Made by a program: the position numbers and the translations under genes. A model generated the notes under the pieces. It made no database searches and was not told the origin of the DNA. It was given only the letters and a program-made list of their open reading frames with translations. Positions 19,503 through 29,209 of a DNA stretch of 64,000 bases are shown here, one piece after another (position 1 is the stretch's first letter; the number at the start of each line of letters is the position of its first letter). Source of the stretch: an uncultured Pseudomonadota bacterium (GTDB lineage: Bacteria > Myxococcota_A > Polyangia > Fen-1088); contig CAWKBC010000027.1 in the NCBI GenBank assembly GCA_963847705.1, positions 1 through 64,000 on the forward strand, read 5' to 3'.

Positions 19503-20349
19503 GCAGGCTGCCGAGCTGGCCGGCCGAGAAGAAGATCGGCTCGGCGGGCGGCAGGCCGAGCCAGCCGGCCAGCCGCGGGGTCGCGATCTCCAGGGGGAAC
19601 CCGCGCAGGATGTCCCCCCGAAAGATCTCCACCACGAAACGGAGAAGCGCGTAGAGCCCGAGGTAGCAGAGGAGCAGCGCGCCGGGCTGGCGGCGGAGGC
19701 GAGGGCGGAGCAGGCAGAGCAGGCCGAACAGCGCCAGCTCGCCGGCCGCCTCGTAGAGCTGCACCGGGTGCAGCGGTCGCGTCTCGCCGGCGCCGAGGGG
19801 GACGTCGCCCGCGCGCTGCAAGACCTCGAAGGCCACGCTGCCGCGCGGGAAGGCGACGCCGATCCGCGAGGCGGTCTCCTTGCCGAAACAGCAGCCGGCG
19901 GCGAAGCAGCCGAGGCGGCCGAAGGCGTGTCCGATCGCCAGCGCCGGCGCGAAGAGATCGCCCACGCTGCCGAACGACCACCCCTCGCGCCGCGCGAAGA
20001 TGAGGGCCACCAGCGCGGCCGCCGCGACGCCGCCGTAGAAGACCAACCCCCCCTCCCAGATCGCCAGCAGGCTGGTGCAGCTGCGCCACCAGGGACCGTC
20101 CCCGTCGACGCAGGACTGGAAGAAGCTGCGGGCGTTCACCAGGCCATAGGTGAGGCGTGAGCCGATGAGCCCCGAAACGACCAGCCAGAACGCCAGGTCG
20201 AGCACCCGCCCCTGATCGAAGCCGCGGCGCCCCCCTTCGCGGTGGGCCAGCCAGATTCCGACCGCCAGGCCGGCCGCGATCAGCAGGCCATAGCTGTGCA
20301 GCGCGATCTCGCGCCGGCCCAGGGGGAATGTGAACAGGACCGGATGCAA
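19435..20349 (-). CDS. lgt: Prolipoprotein diacylglyceryl transferase
   Basis: HSYG, IWEGGLVFYGG, GRLGCF, HPVQLYE, RFVVEIFRGD. Confidence 0.95.
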   Translation of the reverse strand: MHPVLFTFPLGRREIALHSYGLLIAAGLAVGIWLAHREGGRRGFDQGRVLDLAFWLVVSGLIGSRLTYGLVNARSFFQSCVDGDGPWWRSCTSLLAIWEGGLVFYGGVAAAALVALIFARREGWSFGSVGDLFAPALAIGHAFGRLGCFAAGCCFGKETASRIGVAFPRGSVAFEVLQRAGDVPLGAGETRPLHPVQLYEAAGELALFGLLCLLRPRLRRQPGALLLCYLGLYALLRFVVEIFRGDILRGFPLEIATPRLAGWLGLPPAEPIFFSAGQLGSLLTAGAVAAALVWRHRAARTPAP

Positions 20350-20383
20350 GGCGACACCTCCGAATGATGGTGCTGTCTCGGCC

Positions 20384-20890
20384 TCAGGCCGAGGACGGCA
20401 CCTCGCGGCGGGTGAGGAACATGTCGAGCACCATCAGCCCGACCCCCACGCAGAGAGCGGCGTCGGCGATGTTGTAGGCGGGCCACTCGTGCACGCCCAC
20501 CTTCCAGACGATGAAGTCGGTGACCTTGCCGTAGAGCATGCGGTCGATGAGGTTCCCGATCGCGCCGCCGCCGACCAGGCCGAGCGCGATGTGCAGACGG
20601 GTGCTCTCGACCGGCGTCTTGCGCAGGTAGACCAGCACCAGCGCGAACGCCCCGATCGCCAGCAGCGTCAGCAGGAGGCGCCCGCCCGGCAGGTCCTGCA
20701 GCATGCTGAAGGCGACCCCGGGGTTCTCTGCATACCGCAGATCGAAGTAGCCGTTGACGATCACCTTCGGGTTGAAGGGCCCGCGCGGGCGCAGGTCGGC
20801 CCGCGCCATCACCTTGGTCCACTGGTCGAGGACCAGGCTGATGATCATGAAGACCGAGAACAGGAGGTACTTGCGGCGGGTCGGGGTCAT
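20384..20890 (-). CDS. lspA: Lipoprotein signal peptidase II
   Basis: DQWTK, NPGVAFS, GGAIGNLIDR, VTDF, WPAYNIAD. Confidence 0.95.
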   Translation of the reverse strand: MTPTRRKYLLFSVFMIISLVLDQWTKVMARADLRPRGPFNPKVIVNGYFDLRYAENPGVAFSMLQDLPGGRLLLTLLAIGAFALVLVYLRKTPVESTRLHIALGLVGGGAIGNLIDRMLYGKVTDFIVWKVGVHEWPAYNIADAALCVGVGLMVLDMFLTRREVPSSA

Positions 20891-23820
20891 GAGTCGCTCC
20901 TGATGCCGGCCGAGGGGGTGGCGGCGACGGCGTCGCCGCTGGCGGCAGAGACCGCCGCGGCGCAGCGCTGGCACAGGTTGGGATCGGGGGCCCCGGGCGT
21001 CGGGGCATCCCCCGTCCGGCGCCAACAGCGCGGGCAGGTCGGCCAGGGTGCCTCGTCGACGACGACCGAGGTCTCGGCGCCGGCGGGTGCGTCCGCCGGA
21101 TCGAGCTCGACGCGCGAGACGACGCAGAGCTCGGCCAGGTGGTCGAGGTTCCATTGCCAGTGCGGGCGCTCGGCGGCGGCGGGCGTGACCCGGACGCGCG
21201 CCTCCAGCGACTTGTGCCCCTCGGCGCGGAACTTCTCCAGCGGCCGGAGGATCGCCTCGCGGCGCGGGCGGATCTCGTCGGTCCAGCGCCTGTTGGGGTT
21301 CACCGGCGCCTTGCCGGGCGGATAGAGCTCCCCGCGCACGCTGGCGTGCACGTCGAACGGCTGGCCGGTGACGCGGGAAAGCTCGTCGGCGACGTCCTGG
21401 GCGGTGAAGCAGAGGATCGGGGCCATCCAGGTGGCGAGCGTGCGGGTCATCTCGTAGAGCGCGGTCTGCACGCTGCGCCGGACCGGTGAGCCGGCCGACT
21501 CGCAATAGAGCGGATCCTTCGCCGGATCGAGATACTCCGCCGAGACGGTGGTGACGTAGTCGCTGATGAGCCGCACCACCTCGTGGAACGCGTAGCGCTT
21601 GTAGGCCTCGAAGATCTGGTGGTCGCGCTCGCGCAAGAGCCCCATGGCCAGCAGATCGAGCTCGCGCAGCCGATCGTCGTCGAGGCGATCGCGCGCCGGA
21701 ACGAAGTCGTAGAGGTTCGACAGGAGGTAGCGGCAGGTGTTGCGGATCTTCCGGTACGACTCGGAGAGCTGGGTGAGGATCGCCTCCGAGAAGACGACGT
21801 CGCTCTGGTAGTCGCCGGCCGCCGTCCAGAGGCGGAGCATCTCGGCGCCGTTCTTCTCCATCCGCACGGCCGGCTCGACGTAGTCGATCTTGATGCCGGC
21901 GGCGCGCGCCTTGGCGATCTCCGACTTCGAGTAGAACTTGCCGCGCTCGTCGAGCACCCAGCTGTGCGTCAAAACCGCCTTGTAGGGCGCCATCCCCCGG
22001 GTCGCGGTCGAGACCAGCAGGGACGAGTGGAACCAGCCGCGGTGCTGATCCGCCCCTTCCAGGTAGAGGTCGACCTTCTCCCCCTTCGGGACCAGCTTGC
22101 CGTCGGCGACGGCCGCCCAGGAGACGCCCGACTCGAACCAGACGTCCACGATGTCGTGCTGCTTCTCCCATTCGGCGCCAGCCTGCCCGCAGGCGCAGAC
22201 GGGCGCCGGCGTCGGCAGCAGCTCCTTCGCCGGCCGCGAGAACCAGGCGTTCGAGCCCTCGCGCGCGAAAACATCAGCCACGTGCTCGATAACCGCAGCG
22301 TCGAGCAGATCATTCCTGCACTGGGTGCAGCGAAAGGCGGGGATCGGCACCCCCCAGACGCGCTGGCGCGAGAGGCACCAGTCCGGGCGCGCCTCGATCA
22401 TGCCGCGGATGCGGTTCTCGCCCCACGCTGGAATCCATTTGGTCAACGCGATCTCGGCGAGCGCCTTGTGGCGCAGCGACGCCTCGTCGTCCGCCTCGCC
22501 GAGGCGCGCGAACCACTGCAGGGTGGCGCGGAAGATGATCGGGTTCTTGCAGCGCCAGCAGCAGGGGTACTGGTGGCGGATCGTCTCGCCCACCTTGTTC
22601 AGCAGGAGGCCGCGCGCGGCCAGCAGCTCGACGATCTTGGGGTTGGCGTCGAACACCCGCGCGCTGTTGAGCTCACCGAGCTCGACCTCGCCCGTGAAGC
22701 GGCCGTTCTCGTCGACGGGCGCGAAGATCGTGAGGCCGTGATCGCGACCGACGATGTAGTCGTCGGCGCCGTGTCCGGGCGCCGTGTGGACGAGGCCGGT
22801 GCCCGCCTCGAGCGTGGCGTGGCGGGCGAACCAGAGCCGGTAGTCCTTGTCGCCGTCGGAGCCCGGCCGCGGGAACGGCGCCAGGTAACGCGTCCCCTCC
22901 AGCGTCCGCAGCCCATCGCGTGAGATGGCGATCCACGACTCTTTGGGCGCGTCGATGCCGGTCGCCGCCAAGAATGCCTCGGCCAGCCCCGCCGCCACCA
23001 GCAGATACTCCCCATCGCGCGGGATCGCCACGTAGTCGAGCTCCGGGTTCGCCACCACCGCCAGGTTGGCCGGCAGGGTCCAGGGGGTGGTGGTCCAGAT
23101 GACGAACGCCGCCTTCTTCTCCCTGAGCCGCGGGTCGGCCTTCCCCAGATCGCCGACCACCGGGAAGCGGACATAGATCGACGGCGAGGCGTGGTCCTCG
23201 TACTCGACCTCGGCCTCGGCCAGCGCGGTGTGGTGCGTGAGGCACCAGTGCACCGGCTTCTTGTCGCGGTAGACGAGGCCGGCGCGCGCGAACCCAGCCA
23301 GCTGGCGGGCGATGGCCGCCTCGTAGTCCTTGGAGAGCGTCAGGTAGGGGTCGTCCCAGTTGCCCAGGCAGCCGAGCCGCTTGAACTCGGTGCGCATGAT
23401 GTCGACGAACTTGAGCGCGTGCTTCTCGCAGTGGTCGCGAAAATCGGTGGCGCTCAGCTCTCGCGCCTTCGGCCCCAGCTCCTTTTCGACCTGCTGCTCG
23501 ATCGGCAGCCCGTGGCAATCCCAGCCGGGGCGAAACACCGCCCGCTTGCCCATCAACAGCTGCGAGCGGACGACGATGTCCTTGAGCACCTTGTTGAGCA
23601 CCGTTCCGTAGTGGATGGCGCCGGTCGCGTAGGGGGGGCCGTCGTGGAGCACGAAAGGCGGGGCGCCTTCCTTCTGGCGCGTCTCCAGGATGCGTTCGTA
23701 TTGCCTGTCGCGTGCCCAACGGGCGAGCCACTCCGGCTCGCGGCGCGCGAGATCGGCGCGCATCGGGAATTCAGTCTTCGGGAGATTGAGCGTTGTTTTC
23801 CAGTCCACGGGCCGGCGCAT
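20887..23820 (-). CDS. ileS: Isoleucine--tRNA ligase (type 1, C-terminal Zn finger)
   Basis: TLNLPKTEFPM, HDGPPYA, GWDCHGLP, WTTTPWTLP, DWCLSRQRVWG, CPRCW..CQRC; ileS-lspA linkage. Confidence 0.96.
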   Translation of the reverse strand: MRRPVDWKTTLNLPKTEFPMRADLARREPEWLARWARDRQYERILETRQKEGAPPFVLHDGPPYATGAIHYGTVLNKVLKDIVVRSQLLMGKRAVFRPGWDCHGLPIEQQVEKELGPKARELSATDFRDHCEKHALKFVDIMRTEFKRLGCLGNWDDPYLTLSKDYEAAIARQLAGFARAGLVYRDKKPVHWCLTHHTALAEAEVEYEDHASPSIYVRFPVVGDLGKADPRLREKKAAFVIWTTTPWTLPANLAVVANPELDYVAIPRDGEYLLVAAGLAEAFLAATGIDAPKESWIAISRDGLRTLEGTRYLAPFPRPGSDGDKDYRLWFARHATLEAGTGLVHTAPGHGADDYIVGRDHGLTIFAPVDENGRFTGEVELGELNSARVFDANPKIVELLAARGLLLNKVGETIRHQYPCCWRCKNPIIFRATLQWFARLGEADDEASLRHKALAEIALTKWIPAWGENRIRGMIEARPDWCLSRQRVWGVPIPAFRCTQCRNDLLDAAVIEHVADVFAREGSNAWFSRPAKELLPTPAPVCACGQAGAEWEKQHDIVDVWFESGVSWAAVADGKLVPKGEKVDLYLEGADQHRGWFHSSLLVSTATRGMAPYKAVLTHSWVLDERGKFYSKSEIAKARAAGIKIDYVEPAVRMEKNGAEMLRLWTAAGDYQSDVVFSEAILTQLSESYRKIRNTCRYLLSNLYDFVPARDRLDDDRLRELDLLAMGLLRERDHQIFEAYKRYAFHEVVRLISDYVTTVSAEYLDPAKDPLYCESAGSPVRRSVQTALYEMTRTLATWMAPILCFTAQDVADELSRVTGQPFDVHASVRGELYPPGKAPVNPNRRWTDEIRPRREAILRPLEKFRAEGHKSLEARVRVTPAAAERPHWQWNLDHLAELCVVSRVELDPADAPAGAETSVVVDEAPWPTCPRCWRRTGDAPTPGAPDPNLCQRCAAAVSAASGDAVAATPSAGIRSDS

Positions 23821-23904
23821 ACTAGCAAAGGAATGCCGCCGGGGCCCCCGCCTCGGTCCGGCGACGCGGGTGGGTTCGCGAGCCCCGCGTGGTAGGTTTC
23901 CAGC

Positions 23905-24354
23905 ATGGACGAGCGCGTTCCCTGGGATCAGTACTTCATGAACATCGCGCAGGTGGTGGCGTCACGATCGACCTGCCCGCGCAAGTTCGTCGGCTCGGTG
24001 ATCGTGCGCGATCGAACGATCCTCTCGACCGGCTACAACGGCTCGATCCGCGGCATGCCCCACTGCACCGACGCCGGGCACATGATGGAGAACGATCACT
24101 GCGTCGCCACGATTCACGCCGAGGCGAACGCGATCATTCAGGCGGCCAAGAACGGCGTGAACATCGACGGCGGCACCATCTACGTGACGGCGAGCCCATG
24201 CTGGAACTGCTTCAAGCAGATCGCCAACGCTGGCATTCGTCGCATCGTTTACGGCGAATTTTACCGGGACGAACGAATTTTCAGCGTCGCAGAGCGGCTG
24301 GCGATCGATCTGCTGCACGTTCCGAGTCAGGTCCCCGCGCCGCAGCGCGCCTGA
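23905..24354 (+). CDS. dCMP deaminase / ComEB-like
   Basis: RSTC, TGYNG, HAEANAI, SPCWNC. Confidence 0.92.
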   Translation: MDERVPWDQYFMNIAQVVASRSTCPRKFVGSVIVRDRTILSTGYNGSIRGMPHCTDAGHMMENDHCVATIHAEANAIIQAAKNGVNIDGGTIYVTASPCWNCFKQIANAGIRRIVYGEFYRDERIFSVAERLAIDLLHVPSQVPAPQRA

Positions 24355-24413
24355 AAACATGTCGGAACGAATGGAGAGTGGGTGTAGGACCGCGAACGTC
24401 GAGGTAGGTGTGC

Positions 24414-24436
24414 GGCCTACTCCCCAGGCCTTTTTT
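24414..24436 (+). terminator. Possible intrinsic terminator
   Basis: GGCCT-N7-AGGCC followed by TTTTTT. Confidence 0.45.
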
Positions 24437-24476
24437 CGTTGACCCAGTCACGAGAACGGGACCAACCTGTGCGTTC

Positions 24477-25250
24477 ATGCTTCGCCGGATGGCCCTCGGA
24501 GCAGCCTTCGCGCTGCTCCTCGGATTCGCGCCTCGCGTCCACGCCGAGTCGGACGACGATGGCGCGAAGGCTGCGCCTGGCGCCGACGCCCCGCTTCCGG
24601 CGTCCGTGGAGACCGGCGACTCGGGTGACGACGCGCCGGCCGCCAAGCCGTCGCACGCCCGACGCCGAAACAAGCGCGGCCATCACGGCCGGTTCGTGGG
24701 CCACGTGGTGCCGGAGAGCCAGCTGCGCAGCGATCCTTTGCCGCGACCGTCGGGCAACCTCGAGATGGTCAACATCAACAATCCGAGCGAGGATCCCGTC
24801 AAGGTCAACATCTACAACCCGGACGGCTCGTACAACCTCGACGCGCTCGACCAGCTGAACCACATCCTGCGTTGCCGCCGGACCGACGTGGAGAAGCCGA
24901 TGGACCCGCAGCTCTTGACGATGCTGTCGCACGTCTACGATCACTTCGGGGGGAAGCCGCTGCAGATAGTCTCGGGCTTCCGCAACCAGCGCAAAGAGAC
25001 CAGCAACCACTTCAAGGGGCGCGCGACCGACATCCGGATCGCCGGCGTCAGCCCGAAGAAGATCCAGGCCTTCGCCCAGACGCTGGATCGCGGCGGGATG
25101 GGAATCGGCATCTACCCGCGCAGCCAGTTCGTGCACATCGACGTCCGCTCGCCGCCCAGCTACCGCTGGATCGACTACTCGCCGCCGAATTCGAACGCGG
25201 CCGAGAAGCGCCCGCCCCGCGGCTGGAAGCGCAAGAAGCTCGAGTCGTAG
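24477..25250 (+). CDS. YcbK/DUF882 (peptidase M15, MepK-like) exported protein
   Basis: DPQLL..IVSGFR..SNHFKGRATD..GIGIYPRSQFVHIDVR. Confidence 0.88.
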   Translation: MLRRMALGAAFALLLGFAPRVHAESDDDGAKAAPGADAPLPASVETGDSGDDAPAAKPSHARRRNKRGHHGRFVGHVVPESQLRSDPLPRPSGNLEMVNINNPSEDPVKVNIYNPDGSYNLDALDQLNHILRCRRTDVEKPMDPQLLTMLSHVYDHFGGKPLQIVSGFRNQRKETSNHFKGRATDIRIAGVSPKKIQAFAQTLDRGGMGIGIYPRSQFVHIDVRSPPSYRWIDYSPPNSNAAEKRPPRGWKRKKLES

Positions 25251-25340
25251 CGCCCGCCGTCGCGCGGCCAGCGTGACAGTTCGGCCGCAGCTGACGCTCG
25301 AGGTCAAGTCCCGACAGAATTCTGTCGACGGTAGCCCGCG

Positions 25341-28300
25341 ATGCAAATCCGTGCGATCGGGGGGGGCGTTAAGTCTTTCTTTGCCGTCTTCCTGCTGGCT
25401 GTCAGCGCCGCGGCCTGCGGCGACAATCTTCTCGCCAAGCCCGACGCGGCCGGCATTACCAGCGGTTCCGGGGGTTCCGGCGGGTCAGGCCTCGACGGTG
25501 GCGGGACAGGCGGGATCACCACCGACGGCGGCGTGGACGGAGGCGGCGGCCAGGCGGGCCTGGGGACCGGTGGCGACGCAGGCCTGGGCGGAGCCGCAGG
25601 CGGCGGCATGGCGGGCGCCGGTGGCGGAACGACCGGAACGGGCGGCGTCGGAGGCGGCGGAACGGGCGGCGTCGGGGGCGGAACCGGGGGAGCGAACACG
25701 GGCGGCACGGCGGGCACGGGCACCGGCAGCACGGGCACGGGCGGCACGGGGACCGGCGGCACGGGGACCGGCGGCACAGCCGGCAGCATGGGAGGCCAGG
25801 CCGGCAGCGCGACGGGCGGCTCTCCGGGCAGCGGCGGTTCCTCGGGTGGTTCCTCCGGTGGTTCCTCGGGCGCGGGTGGGGTGGCCGGTTGTCAGTCGGC
25901 GCTCGATTGCACCAACGGTCAGCTCTGCGACGGCGCCAGCCACACCTGCGTCCCCTGTCCGACCGACAGCGCTTGCCGCTCCGGCTACGGACCGCAGCAC
26001 GTCTGCGTGGCCGGCGCCTGCATCAGCGGCGACTGCCACGTGTTCGGTGATTGCAGCAACGGCCAGCTCTGCGTCGCCAATCTCTGCACCAACTGCACGA
26101 CCGACATCGCCTGCATGTCGGCCTACGGCAACGATCACCTCTGCATCTCCGGCGGCTGCGTGGCGGGAGAGTGCCGGACGGCGGCCGACTGCCCGGCAGG
26201 CAGCGGCGAGATCTGCAGCGCCAGCTTCACCTGCACCACCTGCGCGACCGACACTGATTGCCAGTCGGGTTACGGCGCCAATCACCTGTGCCTGAACGGG
26301 AGCTGCGTGGCCGGCAACTGCCGGCAGACCAGCGACTGCGGCGGCGGGCGCATCTGCGACACGTCGACACTGACCTGCGTCGCCTGTCCCGACGACGCGA
26401 CCTGCATGGCCAACTATCCCGGCCAGCAGCTCTGCCTCAACGGGAGCTGCGTGGCGGGGAATTGCCGCGTGGCTGCCGACTGCACGCCCGGCCTGGTCTG
26501 CGACGTCGCCACGCACACCTGCGGCGCCTGCGCCACCGACCCGAGCTGCACGGCCGCGTACGGCTCGGGGCAGCTGTGCATCGGCGGCACCTGCGTCGTC
26601 GGCCAGTGCCGGACCTCGCCCGACTGTCCGAGCGGCGGGATCTGCAACACCAGCGCCCACACCTGCGGCCTCTGCACGCTCGACAGTGATTGTGTCGCCG
26701 GCTACGGGAACAATCACCTCTGCATCGGCGGCGCCTGCGTGTCGGGGACCTGCCACGTCACCGCGGACTGCGGCGGCGGCGAGATCTGTGACGGCACCAG
26801 CCACACCTGCGGCCCCTGCGGGAGCGACAACGCCTGTGTCACCGCCTACGGGCCGCAGCACGTCTGCATCGGGAACGTCTGCGTGGCCGGCAACTGCCAC
26901 ACCTCCAACGACTGCACCAGCGGCGGTCAGCTGTGCGATCAGCCGACGCACTCCTGCAAGGCCTGCGGCAGCGACACGGCCTGCCAGTCCGACAGCACCT
27001 ACGGCGTGACCACCGTCTGCGTCGCAGGCGGCTGCGTGTCTGGCGACTGCCACGGACCGTCGTCGGACTGCCCGACCGGTCAGCTGTGCGGCATCTCGCA
27101 GACCGACACCTGCGGCGCCTGCGCCAGCGACGCCCAGTGCATCGCCGACGCCTCCTACGGCGCGGGCAACATCTGTTACCAGGGGATCTGCCAGCTGGGC
27201 GACTGCCACGGCACCAGCTCCGACTGCAAGGCGGCGAACGCGGGCCGCATCTGCGGCGCGGTCACCACCAACGACTGCGGCGCCTGCTCGGGCGACGCGC
27301 AATGCCAGGCCGATCCGGTCTACGGCTCGGCGACGATCTGCGAGACGACGACCGGGCAAACCAAGACCGGCACCTGTGTCACCGCCGCCTGCAGCACCAG
27401 CGGCCCCTGCGCCGCCAACACCTCCGACTTCTGCTGCAACGACATCTGCACGGCGGGGAACTGCTGCCTCGACGCCGACTGCGCCGGCAACCCCATGTTC
27501 GGCTCGACCTACCGCTGCGTGAACAACAGCTGCACCGGGTGCACGGCCGCCACCGGCAACACCTACTTCGTCGATCCGATCAACGGCGACGACGGCACCG
27601 CCACCGGCAGCGGTGTGGCCGCAGGCGTCCCCACCCCCACCTGCAGCTTCAAGACGGTGACCCACGCGCTCTCGGTCGCCAGCACTGTCGGCGCGGTGGG
27701 TACAAAGATCGTCATCGTGGGCGTCTCGGGCCAGACCACCGTGCTCTCCGGCGAGACCCTCCCCATCGTCGTCCCGGCGAATGTCGCCATCTCCACCAAG
27801 CTCGGGCCCATCCGCCTCAACATGGCCTCCGGCAGCGACACCTCGTTCGGTGGCTTCCAGCTGGTGGGTGACCAGTCGGTGATCGCGCCGGATCCCTCGG
27901 CGCCGATCACCATCGACGGCGCCTCCAACACCTCGGGGATCGGGATCGCCGTCTCGCCGGGCGCCGGCAAGACCACCGCGATCTCCTACCTCACCGTGCA
28001 GAACAGCGGCGGCAACGGCATCGCGGTCACCAACGGCACGCTGAACATCGGCCAGGGCGTCACCGTCACCAACGCCGGGAGCACCAGCAAGCACCACGAC
28101 GGCCTCAACGTCGCCGGCGGCACGGTCAACATCGTCGTCCCCGCCGGGCAGATCGCCACCAGCTTCACCAACAACACGGAGCACGGGATCTACGTGACCG
28201 GCGCCGCGGTCCTGAACATCAGCGGTGTTCCGGTCGTGCCGGCCAACGGTCAGGGGACGGTGGTCGTCTCCGGCAACGCCTTCGACGGCCTGGAGATCTT

Positions 28301-28763
28301 CGAGACCGCCGGGGCGGCGCCGATGTCGACGGTGAGCGGCCTGGTCGCCTGGGGGAACACCAAGCAGGGCCTTCAGCTCTTCGGCGGCGAGAAGGTGAAG
28401 GTCCGGGGGAGCGTCCTTCTGAACAACAAGCTCAACGGCCTCCTGGTGACGTCGTCCGACGCCACCGCCGCTTCGAATGACCTGACCACAATCGACCTCG
28501 GCAGGGCTGGCGATCCGGGCCTGAACCAGCTGCAGGCCTCGAACGGCTCGAACCCGGACCTGACCGGACTCTGCCTGGCGATGTCCGCGGGTCAGGGAAC
28601 CTTGACGCTGTCGGCGGAGGGGAACGTCTTCTCCGGTCCCACCAACTGCGCGTCGTCGACCAGCGCGATCGTCCGCTCGACCTCCTGCACGGGCGGCGTC
28701 GACCTGGGGATCATCGCGGCCACGGGGACCACCGTCACGGTCGATCTCGCGACCTGCCAGTAG
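25341..28763 (+). CDS. Large Cys-rich repeat lipoprotein with DUF1565-like start and right-handed beta-helix
   Basis: Lipobox AAAC, Gly/Thr linker, ~10 Cys8 repeats, YFVDPINGDD..FKTVTHAL, Asn-ladder beta-helix repeats. Confidence 0.8.
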   Translation: MQIRAIGGGVKSFFAVFLLAVSAAACGDNLLAKPDAAGITSGSGGSGGSGLDGGGTGGITTDGGVDGGGGQAGLGTGGDAGLGGAAGGGMAGAGGGTTGTGGVGGGGTGGVGGGTGGANTGGTAGTGTGSTGTGGTGTGGTGTGGTAGSMGGQAGSATGGSPGSGGSSGGSSGGSSGAGGVAGCQSALDCTNGQLCDGASHTCVPCPTDSACRSGYGPQHVCVAGACISGDCHVFGDCSNGQLCVANLCTNCTTDIACMSAYGNDHLCISGGCVAGECRTAADCPAGSGEICSASFTCTTCATDTDCQSGYGANHLCLNGSCVAGNCRQTSDCGGGRICDTSTLTCVACPDDATCMANYPGQQLCLNGSCVAGNCRVAADCTPGLVCDVATHTCGACATDPSCTAAYGSGQLCIGGTCVVGQCRTSPDCPSGGICNTSAHTCGLCTLDSDCVAGYGNNHLCIGGACVSGTCHVTADCGGGEICDGTSHTCGPCGSDNACVTAYGPQHVCIGNVCVAGNCHTSNDCTSGGQLCDQPTHSCKACGSDTACQSDSTYGVTTVCVAGGCVSGDCHGPSSDCPTGQLCGISQTDTCGACASDAQCIADASYGAGNICYQGICQLGDCHGTSSDCKAANAGRICGAVTTNDCGACSGDAQCQADPVYGSATICETTTGQTKTGTCVTAACSTSGPCAANTSDFCCNDICTAGNCCLDADCAGNPMFGSTYRCVNNSCTGCTAATGNTYFVDPINGDDGTATGSGVAAGVPTPTCSFKTVTHALSVASTVGAVGTKIVIVGVSGQTTVLSGETLPIVVPANVAISTKLGPIRLNMASGSDTSFGGFQLVGDQSVIAPDPSAPITIDGASNTSGIGIAVSPGAGKTTAISYLTVQNSGGNGIAVTNGTLNIGQGVTVTNAGSTSKHHDGLNVAGGTVNIVVPAGQIATSFTNNTEHGIYVTGAAVLNISGVPVVPANGQGTVVVSGNAFDGLEIFETAGAAPMSTVSGLVAWGNTKQGLQLFGGEKVKVRGSVLLNNKLNGLLVTSSDATAASNDLTTIDLGRAGDPGLNQLQASNGSNPDLTGLCLAMSAGQGTLTLSAEGNVFSGPTNCASSTSAIVRSTSCTGGVDLGIIAATGTTVTVDLATCQ
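25889..27377 (+). repeat. About 10 tandem ~48-aa Cys-rich coding repeats
   Basis: Consensus DC..G..C....HTC..C..D..C...YG..H.C..G.CV.G.C. Confidence 0.85.
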
Positions 28764-28775
28764 CCGCGAGCTCCG

Positions 28776-29195
28776 CTAGGGCGCGGCGCCGGCGGCGATC
28801 CAGGCGCGGATGAGCGCGATGGCCGGCGCCGGCATTCGGCGACGCGGCGGCATCGTCGGTCGATGACGGTGCTCGATCTTCGCCAGCAGCAAGCTGTCGG
28901 CGGGGTTTCCAGGAACCACGACTGGACCGGTGTCGCCGCCGCGCATGACGGCAGCCAGGCTGTCGAGCCGCAGCTCGGCGTGAGCCTCACGGGCCCCGTG
29001 GCAAGCGACGCACCAATGCTCGAGGATCGGCGCCACGTCGCGCGCGAAGCTCACCGGTCGAGCTGGCGGCGGGGGCGCGGCGGTCGCCGGGCACGTCGGC
29101 GCGAGGGTCAGCCCCAGCACGACGAGGGCTCGAAGAAGAAGCGGCGCGGCGCCGCGGCTTTCTTGCAATTCGGATCCCGCTCCTTTAGGGTCCAT
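28776..29195 (-). CDS. Mono-heme cytochrome c (Planctomycete cytochrome c-like)
   Basis: VSFARDVAPIL..CVACHG..GGDTGP.VVPG..SLL..MPP..IRAWIAAGA. Confidence 0.85.
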   Translation of the reverse strand: MDPKGAGSELQESRGAAPLLLRALVVLGLTLAPTCPATAAPPPPARPVSFARDVAPILEHWCVACHGAREAHAELRLDSLAAVMRGGDTGPVVVPGNPADSLLLAKIEHRHRPTMPPRRRMPAPAIALIRAWIAAGAAP

Positions 29196-29209
29196 GACAC
29201 CTTAGCGCG

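Noticed and set aside
20384-22171. 595-aa LspA
   Set aside because: The upstream part is an alternative frame of ileS; lspA starts at 20890
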